Below, in pieces: positions 10,104 through 19,919 of a DNA stretch of 64,000 nt; position 1 is the stretch's first letter; every line of letters begins with the position of its first letter. The stretch lies in contig JBIKID010000001.1 of the NCBI GenBank assembly GCA_044361815.1, positions 38,103-102,102 of the forward strand, in the 5' to 3' direction. The DNA is from Ilumatobacteraceae bacterium (GTDB lineage: Bacteria; Actinomycetota; Acidimicrobiia; Acidimicrobiales; Ilumatobacteraceae). The translations under genes and the position numbers were made by a program. Below the pieces are notes generated by a model. The model saw only the letters and a program-made list of their open reading frames with translations, did not search any database and had not been told where the DNA came from.

Positions 10104-10549
10104 TGTCAAATTTGAATAACACCGAGATTCATACAGCAGTGCACGATCTGTTGCACAATGCCGGCCAAAGATATACCGACAAACGCCGTGCAATTATCGA
10201 CATCTTGATTCAGTCCGGCAAACCAATGTTGATTTCCGACATGTTGGGCAAAGCAAAAAAGATGCCGCAAAGCACGCTGTATCGAAACCTGTTGGTACTA
10301 GAAGAAGCTTCGGCTGTTGTGCGAGTGGTAACCAATGCAGATAGCGGTTGTTACGAACTAGCCGAACACTTGATGGGCCATCACCACCACATGGTGTGTT
10401 CGGTGTGCGGCGTGGTGCGAGACGTGGTGGTGCCTGAAGTTATTGAGCACGAGTTAGAAAAGGCCCTCGAGAAAGTTGCACGCCGCGAAGGGTTTTCGAT
10501 TGACAGACACCAACTCGACCTCATTGGGCGTTGCAAAAACTGCAAATGA
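10103..10549 (+). CDS. Fur-family metalloregulator (Fur/Zur/PerR type)
   Basis: Winged-helix N-domain (QRYTDKRRAIIDIL...STLYRNL), HHHH-x-VC-x2-C and a C-terminal C-x2-C. The ATG at 10103 is preferred to the track start at 10010. Confidence 0.85.
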   Translation: MSNLNNTEIHTAVHDLLHNAGQRYTDKRRAIIDILIQSGKPMLISDMLGKAKKMPQSTLYRNLLVLEEASAVVRVVTNADSGCYELAEHLMGHHHHMVCSVCGVVRDVVVPEVIEHELEKALEKVARREGFSIDRHQLDLIGRCKNCK

Positions 10550-10561
10550 AAACAGATTGAT

Positions 10562-11035
10562 TTATTTGGCGTTTTGCTGATTGAGCAACTTGATCACTTC
10601 TTCAAGCTGGTCACGTAGTTCATCAACTGTCACCACGTTTGCCAACACCAAGCGCACACTTGCAAGTTCACGAGCCAAAAATTCGGCGTTGGCCTGGGTG
10701 CTTGCTGCAACCGCACGGTCGGTTTCGGCCTGACGACGGTCACGCAACTCCTGGCGATTTTGTGAGAGCAAAATCAATGGTGCTGCATATGCAGCCTGCA
10801 CCGAAAACATCAAGTTGAGCAAGATAAATGGGTACTTGTCCCACTGCAGCGAGAGAAACAACACGTTGAGCGAAATCCAAATGATCACCAATACGGTTTG
10901 AATGATCAAAAATCGTGCTGTGCCCATGAGGCGCGCAATGGATTCGGAGAAACGACCGAATGCATCGGAGTTGTAGTGCACACCGAGTGGTGCTTGGCGG
11001 TCGCGAGGACGCGCAAGATTGTCGCGCTTTTTCAT
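10562..11035 (-). CDS. DUF1003 membrane protein
   Basis: Two TM helices and YPFILLNLMFSVQAAYAAPLILLSQNRQ. Operon partner of the MgtE-N/CBS gene (4-nt overlap). Confidence 0.75.
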   Translation of the reverse strand: MKKRDNLARPRDRQAPLGVHYNSDAFGRFSESIARLMGTARFLIIQTVLVIIWISLNVLFLSLQWDKYPFILLNLMFSVQAAYAAPLILLSQNRQELRDRRQAETDRAVAASTQANAEFLARELASVRLVLANVVTVDELRDQLEEVIKLLNQQNAK

Positions 11036-12255
11036 GACTGCGCTCCACCCGTTGGTTGTCGACGCCAGTTGGCAGGAAGCGTGCGGTCCAACACGTCGTC
11101 AACGGTGATTGCACCCAACAAACGATTGTTGGCATCGCACACTGCAACAGCCAGCAAGTTGTAGCTTGCCAAACGTTCGGCCACCTCGCGCTCGGGCATG
11201 GTTGGAACAATTGTTGGTTCCATTTCCACACACTGACTCAATGTCATGTGTGGAGACTCGCGCAACAACCGCTGAAAGTGCACGACACCGAGGTAGGTGC
11301 CGGTTGGTGGATAGTGCGGTGCATGTGCAACAAACACTTGAGCAGCGATCGAAACCAAGATGTCTGGTTCACGAATTCGTGCAAGCGCTTCGGCAACTGT
11401 CGAGTCAGGAGACATGACCACAATGTCTGGCGTCATCAATGAACCTGCTGTGCCTTCGGCGTGCGACAACAACTGGCGCATGGTCTCGGCGTCTTCGTCA
11501 TCCATTGCTTCCAGCACTTTGCTGCGTTGGTCGCCAGGCATTTGCGCCAACAAGTCGGCCAAGTCGTCGTATTCCATCTCGTCAAACACGTTGGTGAGGC
11601 GCTCCATGTCGAGACCTTCAATCAAACGCAACTGCTCATCTTCCGGCAATTCTTCCAACACGTCGGCCAAACGCTCGTCGTCCATTGCTTCAGCAACAAG
11701 TCGACGTTGTTCAAGTGGAAGTGCACGAATGACTGCAGCCACATCGCTCGGGTGCATGTCTCGCAAACGAGCAGCTTCGGCAGCCTGCGCAGTCGATGGT
11801 GCAAACAATCCAGCGACAACATCCCAATCAACAAGGCGATAGCCAGGTCGAGGGTTGAGCAAGCCGCGCTTTGCAAGACGCACTTTCGATACGTGCCAAC
11901 CCGGCGCGCGACCACTCAAAAACTCGAGGGCCACATCGCTGACGGTTTCATCACCGACTTTTTGGTTGAGCACGTCTTTGCCAAGCAGGCGCTCGCCGGC
12001 CCGCGGGCGGAATGGGTTGAGGTCAACGTCCCACGACTTGAGGCGGGCACCGTTGTTGTCAAGCGAGGCAATGCGCGATGCGTTTACAAAAATGAGGCGG
12101 CGCTGGCTGGAAGCGACAAATCCCAAGACGCGCGGGGGTTCGGTGGTGCGGCCGGGCACTACAACGATGTCGTCAATTTTGCCCAGGGGCGCGCCACTGG
12201 CGTCCAACAAAGGCAATCGCATGACGCGAAAGGCGTAGATCAATTCGGCAACCAT
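11032..12255 (-). CDS. MgtE intracellular N-domain + CBS-pair protein (no transporter membrane domain)
   Basis: Acidic MgtE-N repeats (DERLADVLEELPEDEQLRLIEGL...) followed by tandem CBS domains. 407 aa, ending without TM helices. Confidence 0.8.
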   Translation of the reverse strand: MVAELIYAFRVMRLPLLDASGAPLGKIDDIVVVPGRTTEPPRVLGFVASSQRRLIFVNASRIASLDNNGARLKSWDVDLNPFRPRAGERLLGKDVLNQKVGDETVSDVALEFLSGRAPGWHVSKVRLAKRGLLNPRPGYRLVDWDVVAGLFAPSTAQAAEAARLRDMHPSDVAAVIRALPLEQRRLVAEAMDDERLADVLEELPEDEQLRLIEGLDMERLTNVFDEMEYDDLADLLAQMPGDQRSKVLEAMDDEDAETMRQLLSHAEGTAGSLMTPDIVVMSPDSTVAEALARIREPDILVSIAAQVFVAHAPHYPPTGTYLGVVHFQRLLRESPHMTLSQCVEMEPTIVPTMPEREVAERLASYNLLAVAVCDANNRLLGAITVDDVLDRTLPANWRRQPTGGAQS

Positions 12256-12370
12256 GACCCGAAGGCTACCCCCATCTATTTATGGCAACCCGCTGCTATT
12301 TGATCGATGTGTCCAATATGCAGGAAGTCAGTGTTGGTATTGCTGAACGGTTAGTGACAGGCTCGCAGGT

Positions 12371-13585
12371 ATGCAATTTGATGTCGCAGTCATTGGAGGT
12401 GGGCCAGCGGGCTCTTCGGCTGCCATTACGGCTGCGCGTGCAGGACTTCGGGTGATGCTCGTTGAAAAGGGTCCATACGGACGGGACAAAGTGTGTGGAG
12501 ATGGTTTAACGCCGCGAGCAATTGCCGCGCTTGATGAATTGAAGATCGACTACTCGGTAGCGCACCGTATTGATGGTTTGCGCATGATTGCAGGAAAAAC
12601 TCAGCGCGAGTTGGCGTGGCCAACAACATCGCGTTTTCCAAATCACGGTGCAGTCTGGCCACGTCAGAAGTTTGACAATCATTTACTGGATGTCGCCATT
12701 GCGTCTGGCGCTGAAGTTCGGTTTGAGTCCGAAGCGCTACCCGTTGTCGTTGGTGACCGTGTAACTGGCGTGCAAGTTGGTAGCGAAGTCATTAATGCAT
12801 CACTTGTTATTTTGGCAACTGGCGCACAGGGTGCTGCTGCAAAAATGCTTGGAGCAGTGCGCGATCCAGATGAAACTTTTGGATTAGCAATTCGCGCGTA
12901 TGCACCAACACCTCGTCATGCCGAGCGACATCTTGAAGCGTGTCTCAGTTTGCGAGATGAACATGGCACGCCGGTTCCTGGTTACGGATGGATGTTTCCT
13001 GCTGGCGATGGCACAGTCAACATTGGTGTTGGAGCACTCAGCACGATGAAGGGTTTCAAGAAACTCAATCTCAATACGTTGCTCGACCAATACGCATCGA
13101 TCGTTCGAGAGCCATGGTCGCTTGGTGACTATATAGATAAGCCTCGCGCGTGGCGATTGCCCATGAGTTGCGTGCGCAGACATGGCCCAGGTTGGGTGGC
13201 TATTGGTGATGCAGCCGGTTTTGTGAACCCAATGAATGGCGAAGGAATCGACTATTCACTGGAGTCGGGCATGCTTGCAATCTCGTGCTTTTTGGAAAAC
13301 CCCGAAACCGCTACCAGTGAATATGACAAGCGAGTGGGTGAGCGCTTTGACGCATTTTTGCGCACGGGTCGGAGGTTCAGTTTCATCATCGGACATCCGT
13401 GGTTGCTCAAGCCAGGGCTTCGAGTGGCTGTCGGGTCGCAAGTGGCTGCCGACATCACGCTTGCGGTGATGGGCAATCTCATCGATTCCACAACACCCGG
13501 TGCCGCCGGCAGGGTGATGCGATTTGCCGACAATGCACTGCGGATTGCCGACCCTCTCTTGCGCCGCACCCGTGCAAAGGCGTAA
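12371..13585 (+). CDS. Geranylgeranyl reductase-family FAD-dependent oxidoreductase
   Basis: FDVAVIGGGPAGSSAA dinucleotide fold, CGDGLTPRA, GDAAGFVNPMNGEGI. Confidence 0.8.
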   Translation: MQFDVAVIGGGPAGSSAAITAARAGLRVMLVEKGPYGRDKVCGDGLTPRAIAALDELKIDYSVAHRIDGLRMIAGKTQRELAWPTTSRFPNHGAVWPRQKFDNHLLDVAIASGAEVRFESEALPVVVGDRVTGVQVGSEVINASLVILATGAQGAAAKMLGAVRDPDETFGLAIRAYAPTPRHAERHLEACLSLRDEHGTPVPGYGWMFPAGDGTVNIGVGALSTMKGFKKLNLNTLLDQYASIVREPWSLGDYIDKPRAWRLPMSCVRRHGPGWVAIGDAAGFVNPMNGEGIDYSLESGMLAISCFLENPETATSEYDKRVGERFDAFLRTGRRFSFIIGHPWLLKPGLRVAVGSQVAADITLAVMGNLIDSTTPGAAGRVMRFADNALRIADPLLRRTRAKA

Positions 13586-13600
13586 AGGCGTAAAGGCGTA
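13577..13600 (+). repeat. Three tandem copies of the 8-nt unit aaggcgta spanning the stop codon
   Basis: aaggcgta x3. Because the unit is 8 nt, the three TAA triplets (13583, 13591, 13599) fall in three different frames. Confidence 0.9.
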
Positions 13601-13673
13601 AGCCGCCGTTTTCCACAGACAGTTGCATTATGGGACTTCAGTCTTTGCCCTGTAACCTAAGAAACCGTAATAA

Positions 13674-13747
13674 GGGGACGTAGCTCAGTTGGCTAGAGCA
13701 CCTGCTTTGCAAGCAGGGGGTCGTGGGTTCGAGTCCCATCGTCTCCA
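13674..13747 (+). tRNA. tRNA-Ala (anticodon UGC), CCA not encoded
   Basis: Acceptor ggggacg/cgtctcc with the G3:U70 identity pair. Anticodon arm cctgc-ttTGCaa-gcagg. T-loop ggttcgagtcc. Confidence 0.9.
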
Positions 13748-13797
13748 CTAGATATCGTTAGAAAAAGCACAATCGTGCGGATGAAAGCGAGCAGATC

Positions 13798-14964
13798 ATG
13801 ATTACAGCGGTGATTGTTGATGCACTTCGAAGCCCAGGTGGCAAGCGAAATGGCAAATTAAAAGATTGGCACCCAGTCGATCTCGCAGCCGAGGTCATGA
13901 AGACACTCGTCGAGCGCAACGGCGTCGACCCAGCAACCATCGATGACGTGGTGATGGGTTGTGTAATGCAGGTTGGCGAACAGAGTCTCAACGTTGCTCG
14001 CAACGCAGTCTTGGCCGCAGGTTGGCCAGACAGTGTTCCTGGTACAACAGTCGATCGTCAATGTGGTTCAAGTCAGCAAGCCGCACACTTTGCAGCGCAG
14101 GGTGTTATGGCCGGTGCATACGACATCGTTGTTGCATCTGGTGTTGAAGTGATGTCACGAGTACCAATGGGTGCATCGTTGTCCGATCGCACATTTGGTT
14201 TTCCATTTGGTCCACGAGTGCAAGCTCGTTACGAATCAGTTGGTGGTTTGGTCGGTCAAGGCATCTCGGCCGAGATGATTGCCGATAAGTGGAACATCAC
14301 CCGCGAAGACATGGACGCATTTGGTGCTCGTTCACAAGAGCTTGCTGCACGCGCAACACGCGAAGGTCGTTTCCAAGGTCAGATCCACCCAGTCATGGGC
14401 GCCGACGGCAACATGGTGACGCAAGACGAAGGTATCCGCGAAACAACAATTGAAAAACTTGCTTCATTGAAGCCAGCATTCAAACCTGTCGAAGAGGGTG
14501 GCCGCGTTACTGCAGGCAACTCGTCGCAAATCACCGACGGCGCTGCCGGATTGTTGATCATGAGCGAAGAGCGCGCAAAGAAGTTGGGACTCACCCCACG
14601 TGCTCGTTTCGTCAACTTTGCAATGGCTGCTGAAGATCCTCGTTATATGTTGACCGCACCAATTCCTGCAACCAAAAAAGTGCTCGAGCGTGCCGGCCTC
14701 ACTATGGACGACATTGACTTGGTAGAAATCAACGAAGCATTTGCTTCAGTTGTTTTGGCATGGGAAAAAGAATTGCACCCAGACATGAGCAAGGTCAATG
14801 TCAACGGTGGAGCAATTGCACTCGGTCACCCATTGGGTGCATCTGGCGCACGCCTCATGACAACATTGTTGAATGAACTCGAGCGCACCGGTGGTCGCTA
14901 CGGTTTGCAAACAATGTGTGAAGGTGGCGGCATGGCCAATGCCACCATCATCGAACGTCTCTAA
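13798..14964 (+). CDS. Acetyl-CoA C-acyltransferase (thiolase)
   Basis: 388 aa. Nucleophile region VDRQCGSSQQA. C-terminal NGGAIALGHPLGASG and CEGGGMANA. Confidence 0.92.
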   Translation: MITAVIVDALRSPGGKRNGKLKDWHPVDLAAEVMKTLVERNGVDPATIDDVVMGCVMQVGEQSLNVARNAVLAAGWPDSVPGTTVDRQCGSSQQAAHFAAQGVMAGAYDIVVASGVEVMSRVPMGASLSDRTFGFPFGPRVQARYESVGGLVGQGISAEMIADKWNITREDMDAFGARSQELAARATREGRFQGQIHPVMGADGNMVTQDEGIRETTIEKLASLKPAFKPVEEGGRVTAGNSSQITDGAAGLLIMSEERAKKLGLTPRARFVNFAMAAEDPRYMLTAPIPATKKVLERAGLTMDDIDLVEINEAFASVVLAWEKELHPDMSKVNVNGGAIALGHPLGASGARLMTTLLNELERTGGRYGLQTMCEGGGMANATIIERL

Positions 14965-14976
14965 GACAAAAGCATC

Positions 14977-15237
14977 ATGTCATTCGGAACCGTTATCTGG
15001 TTCCTCCTGGGTGTTGTGCTCTTTCGTGGCATCTGGAAGTTTGGTCTCGGCATGTTGAAGAGCATGACCTCAACACTTCCTGAACCACCCCCAGCCGGAG
15101 AGATGCGCCGAATTAATGTGCGTTATCGCTGCGGAGTGTGTGGTGTGGAATTACGAATGGTGATGGCACCAGATCAAGACCCACCGCCACCGCGGCACTG
15201 CCTTGAAGACATGGATTTTGTTGCTCCGATTGAGTGA
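14977..15237 (+). CDS. Small membrane-anchored protein with a C-x2-C motif (hypothetical)
   Basis: N-terminal hydrophobic helix, then RYRCGVCGVELRMV...PRHCLEDM. No family recognised. Confidence 0.4.
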   Translation: MSFGTVIWFLLGVVLFRGIWKFGLGMLKSMTSTLPEPPPAGEMRRINVRYRCGVCGVELRMVMAPDQDPPPPRHCLEDMDFVAPIE

Positions 15238-15244
15238 GAAATAA

Positions 15245-15586
15245 CTAGTGATATTTGGTGGCAGTAAACAGACCACCCAAAACACCAGTAAGACCAGTAA
15301 ACAAATACCAATTGCTGCGACCACCAGGTACGAAACCTAGGTAGTACAGCAAGATGATGAGGGCGCCAACGCCGAGCAGTGCAAACATCAGCACTGGAAC
15401 CCATCGCGGACTGACCTTGGTTTCGCGAGCAACTGGGGGCGTGTATCGCGACGATGCATTAGCAATGGTGTTGCCGTGGACCGATGTCGGATCCGAGTGG
15501 TCTAAGCGATGAGTTTCGTGCAGATGACCAGGCTTTGTGCCCTTTGGTGTGGTGCGACCACCGGTGCGTCGTTTTGAAGGTGCCAT
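15245..15586 (-). CDS. crgA: Cell division protein CrgA
   Basis: Basic N-terminus, two TM helices (PRWVPVLMFALLGVGALIILLYYLG ... NWYLFTGLTGVLGGLFTATKYH). Conserved position next to pabA/pknB. Confidence 0.8.
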   Translation of the reverse strand: MAPSKRRTGGRTTPKGTKPGHLHETHRLDHSDPTSVHGNTIANASSRYTPPVARETKVSPRWVPVLMFALLGVGALIILLYYLGFVPGGRSNWYLFTGLTGVLGGLFTATKYH

Positions 15587-15650
15587 GAGTTTTCCAGTGT
15601 AGATCGTAAATGAGGTTTCGCCTCGCCCAATCGGCTGACAGTATTACGGG

Positions 15651-16238
15651 GTGGCTCGCATACTTGTGCTCGATAACTACGACAGTTTCACCTACAACCT
15701 GGTGCAATATCTTGGCGAGCTTGGTGCTGAGCCAGTTGTGGTGCGCAATGATTCGATGAGCGTTGCAGAATTACTTGCGCTCAAGCCAGATGCCGTGCTG
15801 TTGTCGCCAGGGCCAGGTCGTCCCGAGAATTCTGGTGTGTTGTGTGAAACGATTACCGCATTTGCTGGAGTGGTGCCGGTGCTGGGTGTGTGTTTAGGAC
15901 ATCAAGCCATTGGACATGTGTATGGAGCAAAAGTAGTGAGTGCGCCAGAACTTTTGCATGGCAAAACATCAGAGGTGCATCACACCGGTGAAGGAATCTT
16001 TGCTGGTTCGCCATCACCTCTCACCGCAACTCGTTATCACTCGCTGATTATTGAGCGCGAATCATTGCCAGCCGAATTGGTGATCACTGCACATACTCAG
16101 GACGGAATGATTATGGGTGTGCGACATCGCACGCTCGATGTCGAGGGTGTGCAGTTTCATCCAGAAAGTATTTTGACAACACGCGGACATGACTTGCTCA
16201 AAGTGTTTGTCGAGAAGGCAAAACGCACAAAAAATTAG
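15651..16238 (+). CDS. Anthranilate/aminodeoxychorismate synthase component II (glutamine amidotransferase)
   Basis: GTG start. [18 protein letters not shown], catalytic GVCLGHQ, QFHPES. Confidence 0.9.
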   Translation: MARILVLDNYDSFTYNLVQYLGELGAEPVVVRNDSMSVAELLALKPDAVLLSPGPGRPENSGVLCETITAFAGVVPVLGVCLGHQAIGHVYGAKVVSAPELLHGKTSEVHHTGEGIFAGSPSPLTATRYHSLIIERESLPAELVITAHTQDGMIMGVRHRTLDVEGVQFHPESILTTRGHDLLKVFVEKAKRTKN

Positions 16239-16255
16239 GCGAAGCTGACTCCAAA

Positions 16256-18148
16256 TTATGGCGTTGTCGATTTACCAATCACGAGAGTGACTTTGGTTCC
16301 AGGAGCAACTGCCGAAAGTGCCTCGCGGCTCTGTGAAATAACACGACCATCACTTGCGTCACCAACGGGCACGTTTTGATATTTGATTTCAGTAATCAAA
16401 CCTGCTGCATTGATAGCGGTCTGTGCTTCGGCCTCGGTTTTTCCTGTTACGTCTGGGACCTCAACTATTGGCGACCCACTTGAAACTTTGAGCGTGATTG
16501 CCGATCCGGCGGGAAGTGGCGTTCCAATAATGGGGTCAGTGCTGATTGCTCGACCCTTTTCTACTGTTGTGCTCGATTCGGTTGTGATGGTGACAACGAA
16601 GTTGTATGGCGAACTCTTGAGCAATTGTTCAGCTGCTGACGACACCTGACCCTCAATATTTGGAATATTGTTGCCGCCCGTACCGCCGGAGACAATGACA
16701 GAAACGGCTGAGCCAGAACGTACCTCCACGTTGGCTAATGGATCTTGAGAAATGATCTGATTTAACGGCACAAGCGAATCATTTCGAACTTCGAGAATCA
16801 CCAACTGCAGCCCAAGTGGGGCAAGTATCTGAGTCGCATTTTCAACAGAAAGGCCCTGAATAGGAGGAACTTTTTGCAGTTTTCTCGCAGGGTTGTACGT
16901 AATAGTGACGACGTCGCCCTGATACGCGGTGGCGGTGGCGGGAGGGTCTTGGGCGTACACAATGTCGTCGCCAACAGCGTCGTTAATGACTGCATTTGGA
17001 ATTGGTGTGAGCCCCAGTTCGAGCAGTATTTGGCTCGCTTCGGCTTGGGTGCGGTTGGTGACGTCAGGAATCGTGATCGAAGCCGTTGATCCACTGTCAA
17101 TAGTTCGGTAGATGAATACTCCTGCTGCAAGAAAGATGATGGCGGTAAACACTGCACCAAATATGTAGGACGCGGTTCGGCGAGGGGCAAAGTCGTCGTA
17201 CATATCTTCATAGTCGGTTGCCACTGGCGTGCTGGAAACAACTGGTATCGCCATGGTCTCTGTCGACTGAGACTGTGTCTTGCGACCCTGCACGGCGGTG
17301 AGTGCAACCACTTCTTCACCTGCGGTAAACCTGCGCAAGTCATCACGCAACCCACTCGCATTTGCATATCGACGGTCTGCCGACTTGGCCATGCACTTGG
17401 CAATAATCGCTTCAAACTCTCGTGGCACATCAGATGCAAATTCACTGAGTGCTGGAGGCACACCGTGCACTTGTTGGTATGCAACGCCTACTGCATTGTC
17501 ACCAATAAACGGTGCGCGTCCGGCAACCATTTCATACATCACCACTCCGAGCGAATAGATATCGCTTCGCGGGTCGGGCTGTGAGCCTTGTGCTTGTTCG
17601 GGAGAGAGGTATGTGGCGGTGCCCATCACCGAGCCAGTTTGTGTAAGGCCATCTTCAACTGCCGAGCCAAGTGCACGAGCAATACCAAAGTCGGCGACTT
17701 TCACCTGACCGGTAGAGCCAATCAATATGTTGCCTGGCTTAATGTCGCGGTGCACCACACCGTTGTCGTGGGCAAAACCAAGGGCACTCGCAATATCCAC
17801 CGCAATATCGCATGCCTGGCTTGCGGTCAGACGCAACTTTTCTTTCAGGATGCTTGCAAGTGTGCGACCCTGCACAAACTCCATCGCAATGAAGTAGGTG
17901 TTGTTGACTTTGCCCCAGTCATATACGGCAACAATGTTTGGATGAGTGAGCCCAGCAGCAGACTGTGCCTCACGGCGAAAGCGCTCAACAAAGTTTGGGT
18001 CATTTGCAAATTCGGGAAACAACACCTTGAGGGCAACAGGACGGTCGAGCAAGAGATCGTGCGCCAAAAACACTTCGGCCATGCCACCGCGGCCCACGCT
18101 GCGCTCAACACGGTAACGATCGTTGACAATAGGCATGTTGCTAACCAT
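16256..18148 (-). CDS. pknB: Ser/Thr protein kinase PknB with four PASTA domains
   Basis: Hanks motifs (VALKVL, HRDIKPGN, DFG, SPEQ), one TM helix, four roughly 65-aa PASTA-like repeats. Confidence 0.92.
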   Translation of the reverse strand: MVSNMPIVNDRYRVERSVGRGGMAEVFLAHDLLLDRPVALKVLFPEFANDPNFVERFRREAQSAAGLTHPNIVAVYDWGKVNNTYFIAMEFVQGRTLASILKEKLRLTASQACDIAVDIASALGFAHDNGVVHRDIKPGNILIGSTGQVKVADFGIARALGSAVEDGLTQTGSVMGTATYLSPEQAQGSQPDPRSDIYSLGVVMYEMVAGRAPFIGDNAVGVAYQQVHGVPPALSEFASDVPREFEAIIAKCMAKSADRRYANASGLRDDLRRFTAGEEVVALTAVQGRKTQSQSTETMAIPVVSSTPVATDYEDMYDDFAPRRTASYIFGAVFTAIIFLAAGVFIYRTIDSGSTASITIPDVTNRTQAEASQILLELGLTPIPNAVINDAVGDDIVYAQDPPATATAYQGDVVTITYNPARKLQKVPPIQGLSVENATQILAPLGLQLVILEVRNDSLVPLNQIISQDPLANVEVRSGSAVSVIVSGGTGGNNIPNIEGQVSSAAEQLLKSSPYNFVVTITTESSTTVEKGRAISTDPIIGTPLPAGSAITLKVSSGSPIVEVPDVTGKTEAEAQTAINAAGLITEIKYQNVPVGDASDGRVISQSREALSAVAPGTKVTLVIGKSTTP

Positions 18149-18153
18149 GTGAA

Positions 18154-19266
18154 TTAACCATTCGCTTTCACTACTGCGTCAACTTTTTTAAGATACGCAC
18201 GGGCTTTTTCAACCGAATCAAATTGCAGCACGCTGTCTATTTCGCGCTGAAACGCGGACTGCATTGAATATCGTTTTGTTGTCGAAACCTCAACAACAGT
18301 GGGCTTAATCCACAGCAATCCACCAGGCTGGCCTTTGTAAATTGCAATCGTTGCCGACGATGTAGTGCTGGTGAATGCCACAAAATAACCGCTGCGTTCG
18401 TGGCGAAGTGCAACAAACCCACCAATGAGGAGCACCGCCACGAGAACCATCGCAAGAACTCGCTTCTTGCTTGGCGCAGGAGTTTCTGGCGCCACTGTTT
18501 CAACGCTGGTCTCGACATTGAGTTTGACATCAACAACGATCACGGTGATGTTGTCGCGGCCACCATGACGCTTTGCGGCAGTGACCAAGCGCTCTGCAAC
18601 TTGTTGCGGCGCACTGTGTTCTTGCATCAATTCAGTGATCTCATTGAGTGGCACTTCGTCTACAAGACCATCGCTGCACAACATAAAGCGGTCACCATCA
18701 AACATCGGTATGGTCCACGTATCGACAGATACTTGTGAGTCAATACCGAGTGCGCGTGTGACGATATTGCGACGCGGGTGAGTGTGCGCCTCTTCAACCG
18801 TCAGTAGACCTTCGGTAACAAGCTCTTGCACATACGAGTGATCAACGCTCAGTTGTCGCAACTCTCCAGCGCGCAAGAGGTATGTGCGCGAGTCACCAAC
18901 ATTGGCGATCACAATTTGCGATGGTTGATCTGTGTTTTCGGCAGGCGCAAGCAGGGCTGCAGCAGTCAGTGTCGTGCCCATTCCGCGCTGATCGGTATCA
19001 GATGTGGCTGATGCATAGATTGCAGTGTTGAGGTCGCGAACTACTTGTGCAAATGCCTCAGCCGAAGCAACACCATTGAGCGCAACGCCACGCAGATGCT
19101 CGATTGCCATCGCGCTTGCAACTTCGCCCGCGTTGTGCCCACCCATACCGTCGGCAACAGCAAACAGATTCTGTTCAGCGATGTGCGCGTCTTCGTTTTG
19201 ACCCCGCAGATTGCCAGTATCGGTGGAGGCACCAATAGCAAGAGTCAACATGGAACCAACAGGCAA
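18154..19266 (-). CDS. pstP: PP2C-family Ser/Thr phosphatase (PstP-like) with a TM helix and a C-terminal extracytoplasmic tail
   Basis: RGQNEDA, ADGMGGH, CSDGL, GGRDNITV. Hydrophobic segment VLAMVLVAVLLIGGFVAL. Confidence 0.88.
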   Translation of the reverse strand: MPVGSMLTLAIGASTDTGNLRGQNEDAHIAEQNLFAVADGMGGHNAGEVASAMAIEHLRGVALNGVASAEAFAQVVRDLNTAIYASATSDTDQRGMGTTLTAAALLAPAENTDQPSQIVIANVGDSRTYLLRAGELRQLSVDHSYVQELVTEGLLTVEEAHTHPRRNIVTRALGIDSQVSVDTWTIPMFDGDRFMLCSDGLVDEVPLNEITELMQEHSAPQQVAERLVTAAKRHGGRDNITVIVVDVKLNVETSVETVAPETPAPSKKRVLAMVLVAVLLIGGFVALRHERSGYFVAFTSTTSSATIAIYKGQPGGLLWIKPTVVEVSTTKRYSMQSAFQREIDSVLQFDSVEKARAYLKKVDAVVKANG

Positions 19267-19896
19267 CTATGCCTGCTCAAATTGCAGTTGCAACGTTCCA
19301 AGCGCAATGAGTTGACCATGACTCAAAAGTGTTGGTTCGGTAATCAGCACACCATTTACTTTTGTGCCGTTGGTGCTACTGAGGTCTTCAATGGTCCATC
19401 CGTTGTCTGCAGCACGAAACCGCGCATGCACGCGGCTGATGTTGCTGTCGGCAATCACGATGGTGCATGATGCCTGACGCCCAACAGTGACAAGATCGCC
19501 ATCGAGCGAGTGGCGAGAACCATCTGCCATCAAAACTGAGCACTTACCTATAGAAGGCACACTCTGTTGGGCCGGACGTTCGGCGGCGACCGGTTTGGTC
19601 ACAGTGACAACACAAGATCCAACTTGCACCGCTGCGTCTTCTACAAGTACAACTTCAGCTTCACCCGAAAGCGAGTATCCCTCAAATTTGGCATGGTTGG
19701 CGATTGCCTGTCGCAACTCGCTCATCAGTGGCTTGAGTGCGTCGGCAAGTGCCGCGAGATCAGTTTTGTGCAGACCAATTGTGTACTGGTGCCCAATTTG
19801 GTCAGCCCCAGATTGTGCCTGATCGTCCATCAGGGCAATCAGTTCACGACCAATCTGGATTGGTCGAATTCCATTGCGTCGCGTGCGTGTTAACAC
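19267..19896 (-). CDS. FHA-domain protein, FhaA-like (DUF3662-like N-part appears shortened)
   Basis: C-terminal FHA (VTVGRQASCTIVIADSNISRVHARF...STNGTKVNG). Its stop (19267-19269) directly abuts the pstP start codon at 19264-19266 with no intervening bases. Start uncertain (GTG 19896 sits directly against a ggtgga). Confidence 0.72.
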   Translation of the reverse strand: MLTRTRRNGIRPIQIGRELIALMDDQAQSGADQIGHQYTIGLHKTDLAALADALKPLMSELRQAIANHAKFEGYSLSGEAEVVLVEDAAVQVGSCVVTVTKPVAAERPAQQSVPSIGKCSVLMADGSRHSLDGDLVTVGRQASCTIVIADSNISRVHARFRAADNGWTIEDLSSTNGTKVNGVLITEPTLLSHGQLIALGTLQLQFEQA

Positions 19897-19919
19897 TCCA
19901 CCATTCTACGCCCTAATAC

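Noticed and set aside
11461-12303. 280-aa ORF on the + strand opposite the MgtE-N/CBS gene. Similar long antisense ORFs occur elsewhere, for example 779-1192 (-), 2629-3117 (-), 16798-17484 (-), 17588-18157 (+) and 4570-5019 (-).
   Set aside because: Each lies entirely inside a gene with clear family motifs on the other strand. The translations are low-complexity or Arg/Ser/Cys-rich without motifs. They are shadow ORFs typical of GC-biased codon positions.
12256-12370. Possible Mg2+ (M-box) riboswitch upstream of the MgtE-domain gene.
   Set aside because: The leader is only ~115 nt, with no obvious extended helices. The encoded protein lacks the transporter membrane domain. There is no support from sequence alone.
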